A DNA stretch of 64,000 nt. Origin: Clostridia bacterium. Lineage in GTDB: Bacteria > Bacillota > Clostridia > TANB77 > CAG-508. The notes below the pieces were generated by a model. It made no database searches. It was not told the origin of the DNA and saw nothing but the letters and a program-made list of their open reading frames with translations. Positions 21,052 through 29,169 of this stretch are shown here, one piece after another. Location of the stretch: positions 64,437-128,436 of the forward strand of contig JAGBJN010000006.1 of assembly GCA_017934475.1 (NCBI GenBank). Direction: 5' to 3'. How positions within the stretch are numbered: position 1 is the stretch's first letter; each line of letters opens with the position of its first letter. Both the position numbers and the translations under genes were made by a program.

Positions 21052-22128
21052 TTATTTATTTTTTATTCCTAATAATAACTTGTTTATTATAGGTATTCTT
21101 TTTAATATTTCAGTAATTATAGGTAAAACAATAATTGTTCCAATTATTAATATTATATAATTTAGTATAAAGTAAGGTAACTTGATATATTCTACTAAAA
21201 CAAAAGCTATAATAATTTGTATAGTATAATGTAATACATAAAAACAAAAATTATTTTTATTCATATACTTTGTAAATTTATTATCAAAATTCAAAAATTT
21301 CTTACCAAAACCAAAAGCCGATAAAATTACAAGCCATATATAAATATTAGTAAATATATTAGTTAAAAATTCATTTGAACCAAAATTAGCTCCATAGTTC
21401 ATTATTGTAAATGCAATTCCAAAAATAAATGTTATTATTCCTAGTGGTATTGATATTTTTTCTATACTTTCAATAATCTTGTCATTTGAAAATACATAAT
21501 ATCCTAATACAAACATTAATAAATATATTCCCCATCTATATACAGTAACAACTGGTGTATTTAATATAAATGAAGATCCCCAAACTATTAAAAATAATAA
21601 GAATAAAATTGGTAAATTTATTTTATTAAATAGTTTATCAATTTTTTGTTTCTTGTCTATTTTTGTAATTAAAACAATTAATAGTGAAGCTACAAACAAT
21701 ACATGAGCATACCAAAGTGGTCCAGTACCTATTAAAGAATAAATTATATATTTAACAGGAGCTGGAATCATCTCTCCATTCCCTGCAAATATATCTCCAT
21801 AATAATTTGTTGTCCATCCACTTATCCAACCATATGCAAAAATTCCTATAACACTTGGTACTAATATCCTTTTTGCTCTATCTCTGATAAATTCCTTGTT
21901 TGTTTTATTCTTTAATGAATATTTTGTAGCAACTCCTGATACCACAAACAATAAGCACATAATCCAAGGATAAATAAATACACATATACTATCTAATTCT
22001 TTTATTCCAGTTACTCCAATATTTGAGATTACACCACTTGAATTAAATATATAAAACACATGATATAAAATAACAAAACATAGTGTAATCCATCTTATAT
22101 TATCTAAATAATGTTTTCTTTCATTCAT
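21052..22128 (-). CDS. acyltransferase-3 family integral membrane protein
   Basis: N-terminal YLDNIRWITLCFVILYHV motif and about 10 TM helices. Confidence 0.75.
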   Translation of the reverse strand: MNERKHYLDNIRWITLCFVILYHVFYIFNSSGVISNIGVTGIKELDSICVFIYPWIMCLLFVVSGVATKYSLKNKTNKEFIRDRAKRILVPSVIGIFAYGWISGWTTNYYGDIFAGNGEMIPAPVKYIIYSLIGTGPLWYAHVLFVASLLIVLITKIDKKQKIDKLFNKINLPILFLLFLIVWGSSFILNTPVVTVYRWGIYLLMFVLGYYVFSNDKIIESIEKISIPLGIITFIFGIAFTIMNYGANFGSNEFLTNIFTNIYIWLVILSAFGFGKKFLNFDNKFTKYMNKNNFCFYVLHYTIQIIIAFVLVEYIKLPYFILNYIILIIGTIIVLPIITEILKRIPIINKLLLGIKNK

Positions 22129-22129
22129 T

Positions 22130-22333
22130 TTATTTATCTCCTTTTGGTAATATTTTGTCTGTTAAGTCTTCAATTATATCAGCTTTTACAAGTGCAATTC
22201 CTCTTTCTTTATCGCATAAAACAATTATAGAATCCCCAGACTTTATATTAAACATATCTCTTGCCTCTTTTGGTATTACAATTTGTCCTTTTTCTCCAAC
22301 TTTACTTATTCCAACATATTTATCTTTTTCCAT
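22130..22333 (-). CDS. AbrB/MazE/SpoVT-fold DNA-binding protein
   Basis: VGEKGQIVIPKEARDMFNIKSGD is the swapped-hairpin signature. Its stop lies 1 nt before the acyltransferase ATG. Confidence 0.75.
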   Translation of the reverse strand: MEKDKYVGISKVGEKGQIVIPKEARDMFNIKSGDSIIVLCDKERGIALVKADIIEDLTDKILPKGDK

Positions 22334-22467
22334 AAATTACACCTCACAATCCAACTTGTTATACTTTTCGTACTTATTATACTTCGAAAAAATAAAAAAA
22401 GCAATAGAATTTTTTTGTAATTCCATCACTTTTATTTGTTTGACATCTCAAAATATTATGAATATCT

Positions 22468-22502
22468 ACTTGTTTACAATACCAAAATATTGTTAACATC
22501 AC
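22468..22502. repeat. copy 2 of the recurrent 35-nt intergenic element
   Basis: acttgtttacaataccaaaatattgttaacatcac, 25 nt 3' of the stop at 22527. Confidence 0.6.
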
Positions 22503-22526
22503 AATAAATTATAATACTAATTAACA

Positions 22527-22952
22527 TTACAAAGAACTTAATACATATTTTACAATTTCTCTAGCATTTTCTGAAAGTGTTGGTGTATTAGCAATTATTT
22601 TTATTTCGGCATGTGGTTCTATTTTTTCTACTAAACACTCTGCAACACTTATCAATTTTTCATCTTCAGAATATAGCCTAATCATAACATATTTATCTTC
22701 TAATGTTTTATCAGTCTTGTTAACAATTGTACCTTCAACAATATATTTATCTTTCGTTTCATTATAATAGCCTTTATGGTTTTTTAATATAAAATTATTA
22801 TTTTCTTGAGAATTATCACTAATTTCTTCTTCATTTTTTACATCATTTGTATTATTCTCTTTATTTTCATTATTACCACATCCAGTTAAAACAAACAATC
22901 CTGCTATCAACATTAAAATTATTAAACTAACTAATATAATTTTTTTATTCAT
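22527..22952 (-). CDS. lipoprotein (possible FxLYD-like C-terminal domain)
   Basis: Signal peptide LIAGLFVLTGC; C-terminal VMIRLYSEDEKLI resembles the FxLYD motif. Confidence 0.6.
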   Translation of the reverse strand: MNKKIILVSLIILMLIAGLFVLTGCGNNENKENNTNDVKNEEEISDNSQENNNFILKNHKGYYNETKDKYIVEGTIVNKTDKTLEDKYVMIRLYSEDEKLISVAECLVEKIEPHAEIKIIANTPTLSENAREIVKYVLSSL

Positions 22953-22969
22953 ATAAATATTCCTCTATG

Positions 22970-23443
22970 CTAAAATTCTATATTTCTGATAAATCTTTCA
23001 AATTCTTCTTGAAATTTATCTATTCCATTTAATTCAATATAATATAAAGCATCATTATGTATAGTGTAGTAAAAACGACTTTTTACGCCTGTACTATCAT
23101 CATTCATTACTCTCCATGTTGTTCCGTTAATTTCTTCATCTCTATGTTCAGAATAATATAAATCTTCTATTTCAGAATATCCTTTTCCTTTAAGATAATT
23201 TAAACTAATGCTACCATCAAGATCCTTATATGTATAATTTAATATTTTAGTGTCACTTGAATCTTTTAAGTTTAAAGTATTTTCATACCCTTTTGGTTCT
23301 TCATATTTTAATTCAACAAATGATTTTTTATCATTTTGAACTTTTGATAAATCTTCGTTATCAGATGCACAACCTGTTAGAATAAATAATCCTGCTATTA
23401 ACATCAAAACTATTAAAACTACTAAAAATATTTTTCTTTTCAT
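22970..23443 (-). CDS. lipoprotein, unknown function
   Basis: Signal peptide LIAGLFILTGC. Confidence 0.7.
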   Translation of the reverse strand: MKRKIFLVVLIVLMLIAGLFILTGCASDNEDLSKVQNDKKSFVELKYEEPKGYENTLNLKDSSDTKILNYTYKDLDGSISLNYLKGKGYSEIEDLYYSEHRDEEINGTTWRVMNDDSTGVKSRFYYTIHNDALYYIELNGIDKFQEEFERFIRNIEF

Positions 23444-23470
23444 TTTATTTCCTCCAAATCTTAAATTATA

Positions 23471-24010
23471 TTATTTTTCTATAAAAGTATATTGCTTTTT
23501 CTCCATAACTTTCTTATAATTTTCTAAATCAAAAATATAATCATCACTCAAATTGTCCTTTAACTCAGCATTTGGTAAATTATTCTTTGATTCTATTTTA
23601 GATATATCGTATAAATCTTTTATTGCAACTTCTTTAGAATCACTGTTAACTTCTACAGTTTCTGTTAAATATTTATAAGTTCTATTATTTAATTCTGCTT
23701 CATCATATGCACCTTCACTAATCATCTTATAATTATCATCATCAGTAAATTCAAAATACTTTTCAATATGCTCATACTTTATTAATTTATTATCTTTATT
23801 TAAGTAAAAAACGTGTTCAACATATTTCTTTGATTTAAATAAATAACCTTCATTATAACATGATATTATAGTTGTAATTTCATTTTCCATATTTGAAGTT
23901 ACATTTTCTGAACTATCATTTGAATTTGTATTGTTTCCACAGCCTGTTAAAACAAATAATCCTGCAATTAGTATTAAAACAATCAAAATACTAACTATAA
24001 TCTTTTTCAT
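23471..24010 (-). CDS. lipoprotein, unknown function
   Basis: Signal peptide LIAGLFVLTGC. Start moved to MKKIIVS (GGGGAG RBS). Confidence 0.7.
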   Translation of the reverse strand: MKKIIVSILIVLILIAGLFVLTGCGNNTNSNDSSENVTSNMENEITTIISCYNEGYLFKSKKYVEHVFYLNKDNKLIKYEHIEKYFEFTDDDNYKMISEGAYDEAELNNRTYKYLTETVEVNSDSKEVAIKDLYDISKIESKNNLPNAELKDNLSDDYIFDLENYKKVMEKKQYTFIEK

Positions 24011-24093
24011 ATAAACTCCCCTTTTACAATTATTATACAATTCATTATATTTATATCATAAAATGTATTTTTTTACAATAAAAAACATTATAT

Positions 24094-24267
24094 TTATATG
24101 TCTAATTTTTTAGAGCTAATAAATTTTTCCAAATACTCATTATTAGATATTTCATTATCATTAGAATCTAATCTTTTGTAAAGTGTTTCGTTTAATTTAG
24201 ACATTTGATAATTGTTCAAATATCGATTCATTTCTGAACATATCGTTTTAATAATGTTCTCACTCAT
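24094..24267 (-). pseudogene. 57-aa N-terminal remnant of a tyrosine recombinase
   Basis: Own translation: MSENIIKTICSEMNRYLNNYQMSKLNETLYKRLDSNDNEISNNEYLEKFISSKKLDI. It parallels the N-terminus of the recombinase at 37848-38849 (EMSNNLTNYQLELLKNVL ... NEKYINSFLSAKEVEG). Confidence 0.45.
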
Positions 24268-24356
24268 TATTCATTCCTCCTTATAAATTAGAATGAATAT
24301 ATTATAAAACATAAAATAGCAGGTATCCAAACCCGCTATTAAAAATTTATAATAAA

Positions 24357-24391
24357 ATTTGTTTACAATTCCAAAACCTTGTTAATATCTT
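24357..24391. repeat. copy 3 of the recurrent 35-nt intergenic element
   Basis: atttgtttacaattccaaaaccttgttaatatctt; 28/35 identical to copy 2 and 27 nt 3' of the stop at 24418. Confidence 0.6.
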
Positions 24392-24417
24392 GATAAATTG
24401 TAATTTATTGTTCTATT

Positions 24418-25512
24418 TTATTGTGCTTCTAAAGGAAAAGTAATTTTCCAATTTCCTTCTGTATTAAGTCCACCAGCGACAAAATCTCCATAAATATTAT
24501 AATCTTTTAATTCTTCTTGTGAAATATCAAATACATATTCTGTAAAATCTCTCCTATTTTCATTATTAGTATAATATTCTGATGAATATTCATATTTATC
24601 ACCTTTTTTACCTAATATAAAGCTTAAATTATAATCGGATGCTATCTTTTCGTTCGTTTCTTTATTCTTTAAATATATCTCCCCGTGATTATCTATTTTT
24701 AAATTATTCTTTGCTGATACTTGTATATGAAGTCTATTGTCAAAATATGCAATTCCTGTAACACTCATATCGGTTACTCCAAAATCAATATCTTTATTTG
24801 GTACGATAACAAATTCCTCATTTTTCCCATTTATAATATACATATTTTCATATTTGTCATTAGTTGTTGAAAATCCACTTAGCCATATTTTCTGTGTTTT
24901 TATATTACTTTCTGTTTGTTCTGTTGATATTGGTAATTTAATTTCATCCCATTTTTCCTTATGGCTTATAAAATTACTCATCATAAATGTTAATTTTTCT
25001 CCAGTAATATTCTTATTCTCATTACTTGTTATTGTTATTAAAAAGGTGGCTTTTCCAGTATTCTCATCATATCCTATATTTTCACAATGTCCTATCGAAC
25101 AATCAAAAGCTCTATTTATATTGTAACTATCATTCAAGTCAGTAGTTTCATCTACTCTATTTTCTTTCAAATCTTTCAAAGTAACATATATCTGTGCTGT
25201 ATTATCTTTAATGTATGCAGAAACAACTTCCATTTCAATTCCATTGCTTTCACATTTTTTTTGAACTGGCATAAAATATTGAGCAACTGATGGAGATACT
25301 TGATACATCAAATCATAAATAATTGGTACATTTGCAGCTAAAACAGGCATACTACAATAAGTTATAATAAGTGTCATCATAACAATAGCAGGTTTTAATA
25401 AAACTATATTGTATTTATTATTCTTTGTGTTAGATAGATTTTTAACTTTATTTACTAATTCTGGACTTGGACTTACATAATTATTTAATCTTTCATATCT
25501 TTGCCTAAACAT
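24418..25512 (-). CDS. anti-sigma factor-like membrane protein (DUF4179-like)
   Basis: Short cytoplasmic N-terminus, one TM helix and a large extracytoplasmic domain. It overlaps the sigma gene by 8 nt. Confidence 0.55.
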   Translation of the reverse strand: MFRQRYERLNNYVSPSPELVNKVKNLSNTKNNKYNIVLLKPAIVMMTLIITYCSMPVLAANVPIIYDLMYQVSPSVAQYFMPVQKKCESNGIEMEVVSAYIKDNTAQIYVTLKDLKENRVDETTDLNDSYNINRAFDCSIGHCENIGYDENTGKATFLITITSNENKNITGEKLTFMMSNFISHKEKWDEIKLPISTEQTESNIKTQKIWLSGFSTTNDKYENMYIINGKNEEFVIVPNKDIDFGVTDMSVTGIAYFDNRLHIQVSAKNNLKIDNHGEIYLKNKETNEKIASDYNLSFILGKKGDKYEYSSEYYTNNENRRDFTEYVFDISQEELKDYNIYGDFVAGGLNTEGNWKITFPLEAQ

Positions 25513-25996
25513 TAAAATCTTCCTCCTTAATTTGATTTTTCAATAATTTTCTAGCTCTAGTTAACCAAGTTCTTATTGTTGACTCTTTCTGATCTAAAAC
25601 TTTACTAATATCTTTTATTGAATATTGCTCATAATAAAATAAATGTATGACTGCTCTATATTTTTTGGGAAGTTTCTTTATCTCATTATATAATCCAATA
25701 TCTTCTTCCATTTCAAATTTTATTTCATTATCATTCAGAGAAACGATTTTTCTTTTCCAAGAAGAAAGCCACACTTTTTTACAACTGTTAATAGTAACTT
25801 TGATTAACCAAGCTTTTTTGTGTTCTTCATTTTCATATTGTTTTTTATTTTGTAAATATTTCAAAAATACATCTTGATATATATCATCTGCATCATATTT
25901 TGAATTTGTATAAAAATATGCTAGTCTATATACCATATTGCTGTATTTTTCTACAGTCTTTTGGTAATTCATTTCTTCATTTGCTTGCAAGCTCAT
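25505..25996 (-). CDS. ECF-type sigma-70 family RNA polymerase sigma factor
   Basis: Region 2 (DADDIYQDVFLKY) and region 4 HTH (YSIKDISKVLDQKESTIRTWLTRARKLL). Confidence 0.85.
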   Translation of the reverse strand: MSLQANEEMNYQKTVEKYSNMVYRLAYFYTNSKYDADDIYQDVFLKYLQNKKQYENEEHKKAWLIKVTINSCKKVWLSSWKRKIVSLNDNEIKFEMEEDIGLYNEIKKLPKKYRAVIHLFYYEQYSIKDISKVLDQKESTIRTWLTRARKLLKNQIKEEDFNV

Positions 25997-26343
25997 ATAA
26001 AAAACTCCTTTCTACTATTAACATCTTTTAACTTCTAAAAAAGCTACAATAATTTTATATTTTTTATAAAAAATGAGCAAGTATTGTTTACTTGCCCTAT
26101 AAATTACTATTTATCTTTTTATTTAATCTGCAATTTTGAAGATTTAAGTCTCCTACATTCAAAACTGCAAATTTTACTATTTTTATATTATTCTTGTTCT
26201 TAATACCAAAATCTTCTGCACAAGTTGATATGTTAATTTCATTATAAAAGAAGCAAATCAGTTGACTTGCTTCTTTATCATTTTATAAATAGTCAAGTAA
26301 AATCTTTAGTATTGTTTATTACAAAATTTCATGTTATCCCTTA

Positions 26344-27321
26344 CTATTGAACAGGCATATATTTTTCTAAGTATTCATCAACTGTTTCCATAAATTCCTC
26401 CATTACTGCATCATCATTTTGAACACCATGTCCAGAATGAGGTGCAACAAATAATTTATAATCAACTCCGTTATCTTTTAATGCTTTTTCTAAATGTCTT
26501 ACTCCATTATATGGTTGCATCTTATCTTTTTCTCCATAAAGAAGAACACTAGGCACAGAATTTTCATTTACAAAGCTATATGCTGAAATTGGTTGCATAT
26601 ATTCTTGATATGAGCCATCTTTAATCATGTCTTTTGTTAGCTCTGCTCCTGACATTGCACCAAATAATGATACTGCTGCTTCACGAGCTTGGTCTGTATC
26701 TCTATCTAATCCATAAATTCCCCAATCTTCTACATAGAAACTAGAAGGTCCGACCATCTCAAACAACATTTTTAATGGTACTGGAGATTCTTCGCTATCT
26801 CTATAAGCATATAACATCGCTAAACATCCTCCTGCTGAACCACCACTAATTGTCATTTCATTGATGTTATATCCTAATTTTTTAGCTTCTTCAATTACAA
26901 CGGGCATAGCTTGTTTTATTTCCATACTTTGAGTATAAACACTTGCATTATTTGTTTCATCTCTTAAAGTATAATTAATTCCACAAGCCACATATCCTTT
27001 TGAACATAACCAAGCAAGAGTGCTTTTGTCATCAGATTTATCTCCCATTGTAAATCCTCCTGCATGAAGATATACAACTAAACCATAATTAGCTTTTGAA
27101 TTATCTTTTGGAAAATATAGATCGAACTTATTTGAATCCTTTTCTCCATAAGAAATATCGCTTACAAGAGTTCCTATTTCATCACTCCATTCAATACTAT
27201 ATTTTTTACTCCATGCTGGTTTAATAGTCATTTTTGTTACTACACCAATGGCAAATGAAATAATAAATACTAATATGCAAATAAATACAAACATACCTTT
27301 TCCTCTTTTCTTTTCACTCAT
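26344..27321 (-). CDS. membrane-anchored alpha/beta hydrolase (HSL-type esterase/lipase)
   Basis: LHAGGF oxyanion motif, GGSAGG nucleophile elbow and an N-terminal TM helix. Confidence 0.7.
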   Translation of the reverse strand: MSEKKRGKGMFVFICILVFIISFAIGVVTKMTIKPAWSKKYSIEWSDEIGTLVSDISYGEKDSNKFDLYFPKDNSKANYGLVVYLHAGGFTMGDKSDDKSTLAWLCSKGYVACGINYTLRDETNNASVYTQSMEIKQAMPVVIEEAKKLGYNINEMTISGGSAGGCLAMLYAYRDSEESPVPLKMLFEMVGPSSFYVEDWGIYGLDRDTDQAREAAVSLFGAMSGAELTKDMIKDGSYQEYMQPISAYSFVNENSVPSVLLYGEKDKMQPYNGVRHLEKALKDNGVDYKLFVAPHSGHGVQNDDAVMEEFMETVDEYLEKYMPVQ

Positions 27322-27449
27322 AGTATATTACCTCCAAACATAGTGCCTCCTAGCATAAAATTCAATACGGCTCTTACTGCTAAACGACCTAAAATAATCC
27401 CTAAAACTGCAATAACAATGAGAATAATAATTCTTTTTTTGTCAAACAT
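27318..27449 (-). CDS. 43-aa small membrane protein (below ORF-track cutoff)
   Basis: Own translation: MFDKKRIIILIVIAVLGIILGRLAVRAVLNFMLGGTMFGGNIL. GGAGG RBS upstream; its stop overlaps the hydrolase start (ATGA). Confidence 0.45.
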   Translation of the reverse strand: MFDKKRIIILIVIAVLGIILGRLAVRAVLNFMLGGTMFGGNIL

Positions 27450-27577
27450 AGTTTATACCTCCTTGACTAATTTTAAAAATAATGTTATATTTCTAACAAA
27501 AGTATTATACAAAATTTTGCAAATTATGACAATACTTTTTTAAGAAGTGTTAGAAAAAGAAAGGTTTTATAACAAAA

Positions 27578-28093
27578 GTGGATACAAGAATAGAACAATC
27601 AAAACAGGAAATAGCTGAAAGTTTAATTTATTTAATGAAAAAGAAAGATTTTGCTTCTATTACAAATAAAGATATTACTGATAAAGCAGGTCTTTCTCAT
27701 ATTACTATTTATCGTCATTTCAAAACTAAAGATGAAATTATTAAATATTATCTTGATGATATTACTGATAATTTTATAAGAACAAGTAAGATTTTATATG
27801 TTCCTAATGATTTTAAAGGATATATAATTAAACTATTTACTCATCTTGAAAACAAAAAGGATATAGGGATTTTATTATACAAATCAAATATGATTCATTA
27901 TTTAAAAGATGAATTTGATAGAATCTTTCTAGCCAAAGCAAATAATAGAAAAGAAGAATATCATTATGCTTTTATTTCTGGTGGATTATATAATCTTTAC
28001 TATTATTGGATTAAAAATAATTGCAAAGAAAACTCAACAGAATTAGCTAATATGTTTAATGAATTTTATATTTTAAAAGGAGATAGCAATTAA
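27578..28093 (+). CDS. TetR family transcriptional regulator
   Basis: HTH ITNKDITDKAGLSHITIYRHFKTKDEI. GTG start as given in the track. Confidence 0.8.
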   Translation: MDTRIEQSKQEIAESLIYLMKKKDFASITNKDITDKAGLSHITIYRHFKTKDEIIKYYLDDITDNFIRTSKILYVPNDFKGYIIKLFTHLENKKDIGILLYKSNMIHYLKDEFDRIFLAKANNRKEEYHYAFISGGLYNLYYYWIKNNCKENSTELANMFNEFYILKGDSN

Positions 28094-28142
28094 ACTATCT
28101 CCTAATTCTGTTTGTATGTAACATCAAGAGTTTATGAACAAC

Positions 28143-28697
28143 TTATAACTCTTTTATAACTTTACAAGGATTTCCAACTGCTACTACATTTGATGGAATA
28201 TCTTTTGTAACAACACTCCCTGCTCCTATTGTTACATTATCTCCAATAGTAACACCAGGTAATACTGTAACATTTCCACCAATCCAGACATTATTGCCAA
28301 CTTTTATAGGTTTAGCATATTCTAATCCTTTATTTCTTGTTTCGTAATCTAAAGGATGTCCTGCTGTATAAAAACTACAATTAGGTGCAATAAAAACATT
28401 GTCGCCAAACTCCACTTTTGCACCATCTAATATGATACAATTATGATTCATATAAAAGTTTTCTCCAACTGAAATATTATATCCATAATCACACCAAAAG
28501 TTTTGTTCTACTATAATTTGTTTCCCTGTTTTAGCAAATAAACTTTTAATAATCTTATCCTTACCCTCTATATCAGATGGTTTTAAATTATTGTATTCAT
28601 AGCAAATATCTTTTGCTTTATATCTATCATTTATTAACTCTTTATCATAGTTAGCATCATATAATTCTCCTGCTAACATTTTATCTTTTTCAGACAT
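28143..28697 (-). CDS. maa: maltose/galactoside O-acetyltransferase (hexapeptide-repeat)
   Basis: MLAGELY N-terminus and left-handed beta-helix hexapeptides (GNNVWIGGNVTVLPGVTIGDNVTIGAGSVV). Start moved to MSEKDK. Confidence 0.85.
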   Translation of the reverse strand: MSEKDKMLAGELYDANYDKELINDRYKAKDICYEYNNLKPSDIEGKDKIIKSLFAKTGKQIIVEQNFWCDYGYNISVGENFYMNHNCIILDGAKVEFGDNVFIAPNCSFYTAGHPLDYETRNKGLEYAKPIKVGNNVWIGGNVTVLPGVTIGDNVTIGAGSVVTKDIPSNVVAVGNPCKVIKEL

Positions 28698-28773
28698 ACT
28701 TACCTCCAACATATATGCATTAACAAGTTAACAATATTACTTATCTTGTTAACAAATTAGTTTTATTGCTTTA

Positions 28774-29154
28774 TTAGTAATATCTACATTTTTTACAAAC
28801 TTCAGCACTCTTTAATTTATATCCTTTATATTTATTTTTTAATGCTGTATAGTTTTTGCAGTCTTTCTTTAAAATGCAGCCACTTTGCATTATAAGACAG
28901 TCATTTATATATTCTATTAGTTCCATATTTTCATCAAACTCTTTATTGCAATTATGACATATATAACAACTATCTCTATCATCTCCAAATATGATTCCAA
29001 AAGAATCTATTTTAAGATTTTCATGCTTTACTATATCAACGAATTCTTTAGCCTTATTTCCAAAGAGTTCTCCTAATTTAACAGTTGAAACTTCATTATT
29101 ACAATAAGGGCATTTGTGATGTTTCCTTGCTCTTTCAATAGCTATATCTTTCAT
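28774..29154 (-). CDS. Cys-rich zinc-ribbon protein, unknown function (last gene of the R-M-linked module)
   Basis: CPYC at residues 15-18, CYICHNC at 63-69 and CKKC near the C-terminus; 126 aa. Confidence 0.6.
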   Translation of the reverse strand: MKDIAIERARKHHKCPYCNNEVSTVKLGELFGNKAKEFVDIVKHENLKIDSFGIIFGDDRDSCYICHNCNKEFDENMELIEYINDCLIMQSGCILKKDCKNYTALKNKYKGYKLKSAEVCKKCRYY

Positions 29155-29169
29155 TAAAATCCCTACTTT

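Noticed and set aside
22130-22333. AbrB/MazE-like gene as the antitoxin of a toxin-antitoxin pair
   Set aside because: No MazF, PIN or other toxin-like ORF is adjacent. The coupled downstream gene is a polytopic acyltransferase.
22155-22496. 113-aa plus-strand ORF, and many similar plus-strand track ORFs (e.g. 2461-2688, 5698-5919, 7496-7690, 12072-12296, 15669-15902, 24737-25290, 30263-30490, 48317-48658, 51196-51603)
   Set aside because: They lie antisense to well-supported minus-strand genes and have Phe/Ser/Ile/Leu-rich low-complexity translations typical of shadow ORFs in AT-rich DNA. They also lack RBSs.
20951-28760. Interpreting the GTTAACAA-containing elements as Rex (TTGTTAA-N4-TTAACAA) operators
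   Set aside because: None of the copies reproduces the 18-bp Rex palindrome with correct spacing. Only half-site-like fragments are present.
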